In this document: positions 49,111 through 50,000 of the stretch, one piece after another | Layout: every line of letters starts with the position of its first letter | Numbering within the stretch: position 1 is the first letter of the stretch | From: Chiloscyllium plagiosum | Lineage: Eukaryota | Direction: 5' to 3' | Length of the DNA: 50,000 nucleotides | Assembly (NCBI RefSeq): GCF_004010195.1 | Contig: NW_025214742.1 | Location: forward strand, 1-50,000 | Translations under genes and position numbers: made by a program | The notes under the pieces: model-generated | Database searches by the model: none | Seen by the model: only the letters and a program-made list of their open reading frames with translations | What the model was told of the DNA's origin: nothing

Positions 49111-49449
49111 TTCATGTTTCTGTGAATTGAGTAAACTGGATGGAAGCTTTCATTGCTTTTTTTTTGTTACTTTTGAATCCATTCTTTTTGCAAATTCAGT
49201 TGCTTGATTATAAAGATGCCATGAAAGTATTCAAGTGTTTTCACTTGGAAATTCCTCATTTCTTAGTTTAAAGTTCTGTTGTTAGCTTGCCATCTGAATG
49301 TTAACAATGTCAGAATCTAGAAAAGGACAATACAGGGGCCAAATCTGAATTTTTACATTGAGCAAGAAAGATATGTCATATTTCAGACAAACTAGCTTAG
49401 TAAGTTTGCTATGAATATTAGAGGTAAATAAATCATTGCATTTGTTCAT

Positions 49450-50000
49450 GGTTCTGGTCTCCCTCCTATCAGAAGGATGTTGTGAAACTTGAAAGGGTTC
49501 GTAAAATATTTACTGGAATGTTGCCAGGGTTGGAAGATTTGAGCTATTAGGGAAGAGGCTGAATGGGCTGGGGCTGTTTTCCCTGGATCGTTGAGGCTGA
49601 GGGGGTGACCTTATAGGTTTAGACAGTGGATTTGGATTGGCTCAGGCTTGGAGGGCTGAAGGGCCTGTTCCTGGGGTGTAAAATCATGAGGGGCATGGAT
49701 AGGTAAATAGACAAGGTCTTTTCCCTGGGGTGGGGGAATCCAGAACTAGAAGGCATAGGTTTAGGGTGAGAGTGGAAAGATTTGAGATCTAAAGGGGCAA
49801 CTTTTTCACGCAGAGGGTCACGTGTGTATAGATGATCTGCCAGAGGAAGTGATGGAGGCTGGTACAATTATAACCATCCAGATGCCTTTTAAATGTTGTA
49901 TGGATTGGAAGGGTTTAGAGGAATATGGGCCAAGTGCTGGCAAATAGGACTAGATATCTGGTAAGCATGGACGAGTTGGACTGAAGTGTTTGTTTCTGTG
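49450..50000 (+). mobile_element. HER1/CR1 LINE 3' end with a ~60-bp foreign tail inserted (~49619-49677)
   Basis: Matches 2206-2700; insert ends GAGGGCTGAAGGGCCTGTTCCTG. Confidence 0.9.

Noticed and set aside
1..50000. CRISPR arrays, prokaryotic operons, rRNA, known miRNA or snRNA genes
   Set aside because: No regular repeat-spacer structure or recognisable sequence; the window is vertebrate nuclear DNA. Divergent small RNAs cannot be excluded without an Rfam search.

Overview
Repeat-dominated vertebrate DNA, almost certainly from a shark (elasmobranch HE1 SINEs and HER1/CR1 LINEs). No intact protein-coding gene is recognisable; nearly all supplied ORFs are decayed retroelement fragments or chance frames. 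Confident host features are two tandem tRNA-Ala genes (TGC 5625-5696, CGC 6131-6202) and a CpG-island promoter with a probable first exon (~19.9-20.4 kb, + strand), followed by what looks like a long intron of an unidentified gene. Mobile elements include many CR1/HER1 fragments, HE1 and Deu-type SINEs, an L1-clade ORF2, L2 and RTE relics, Penelope-like (GIY-YIG) elements, a Gmr1-like Gypsy element (SCAN-like Gag, integrase before RNase H), a clean solo LTR with a 5-bp target duplication, and one Tigger/pogo-like end. The most striking unannotated signal is four different repeat families that each carry a minimal type I hammerhead ribozyme motif, one copy apparently intact (17750-17789, minus strand). 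Family names are assigned by eye from recalled consensus features, not by database search, and repeat boundaries are approximate unless a junction is described.
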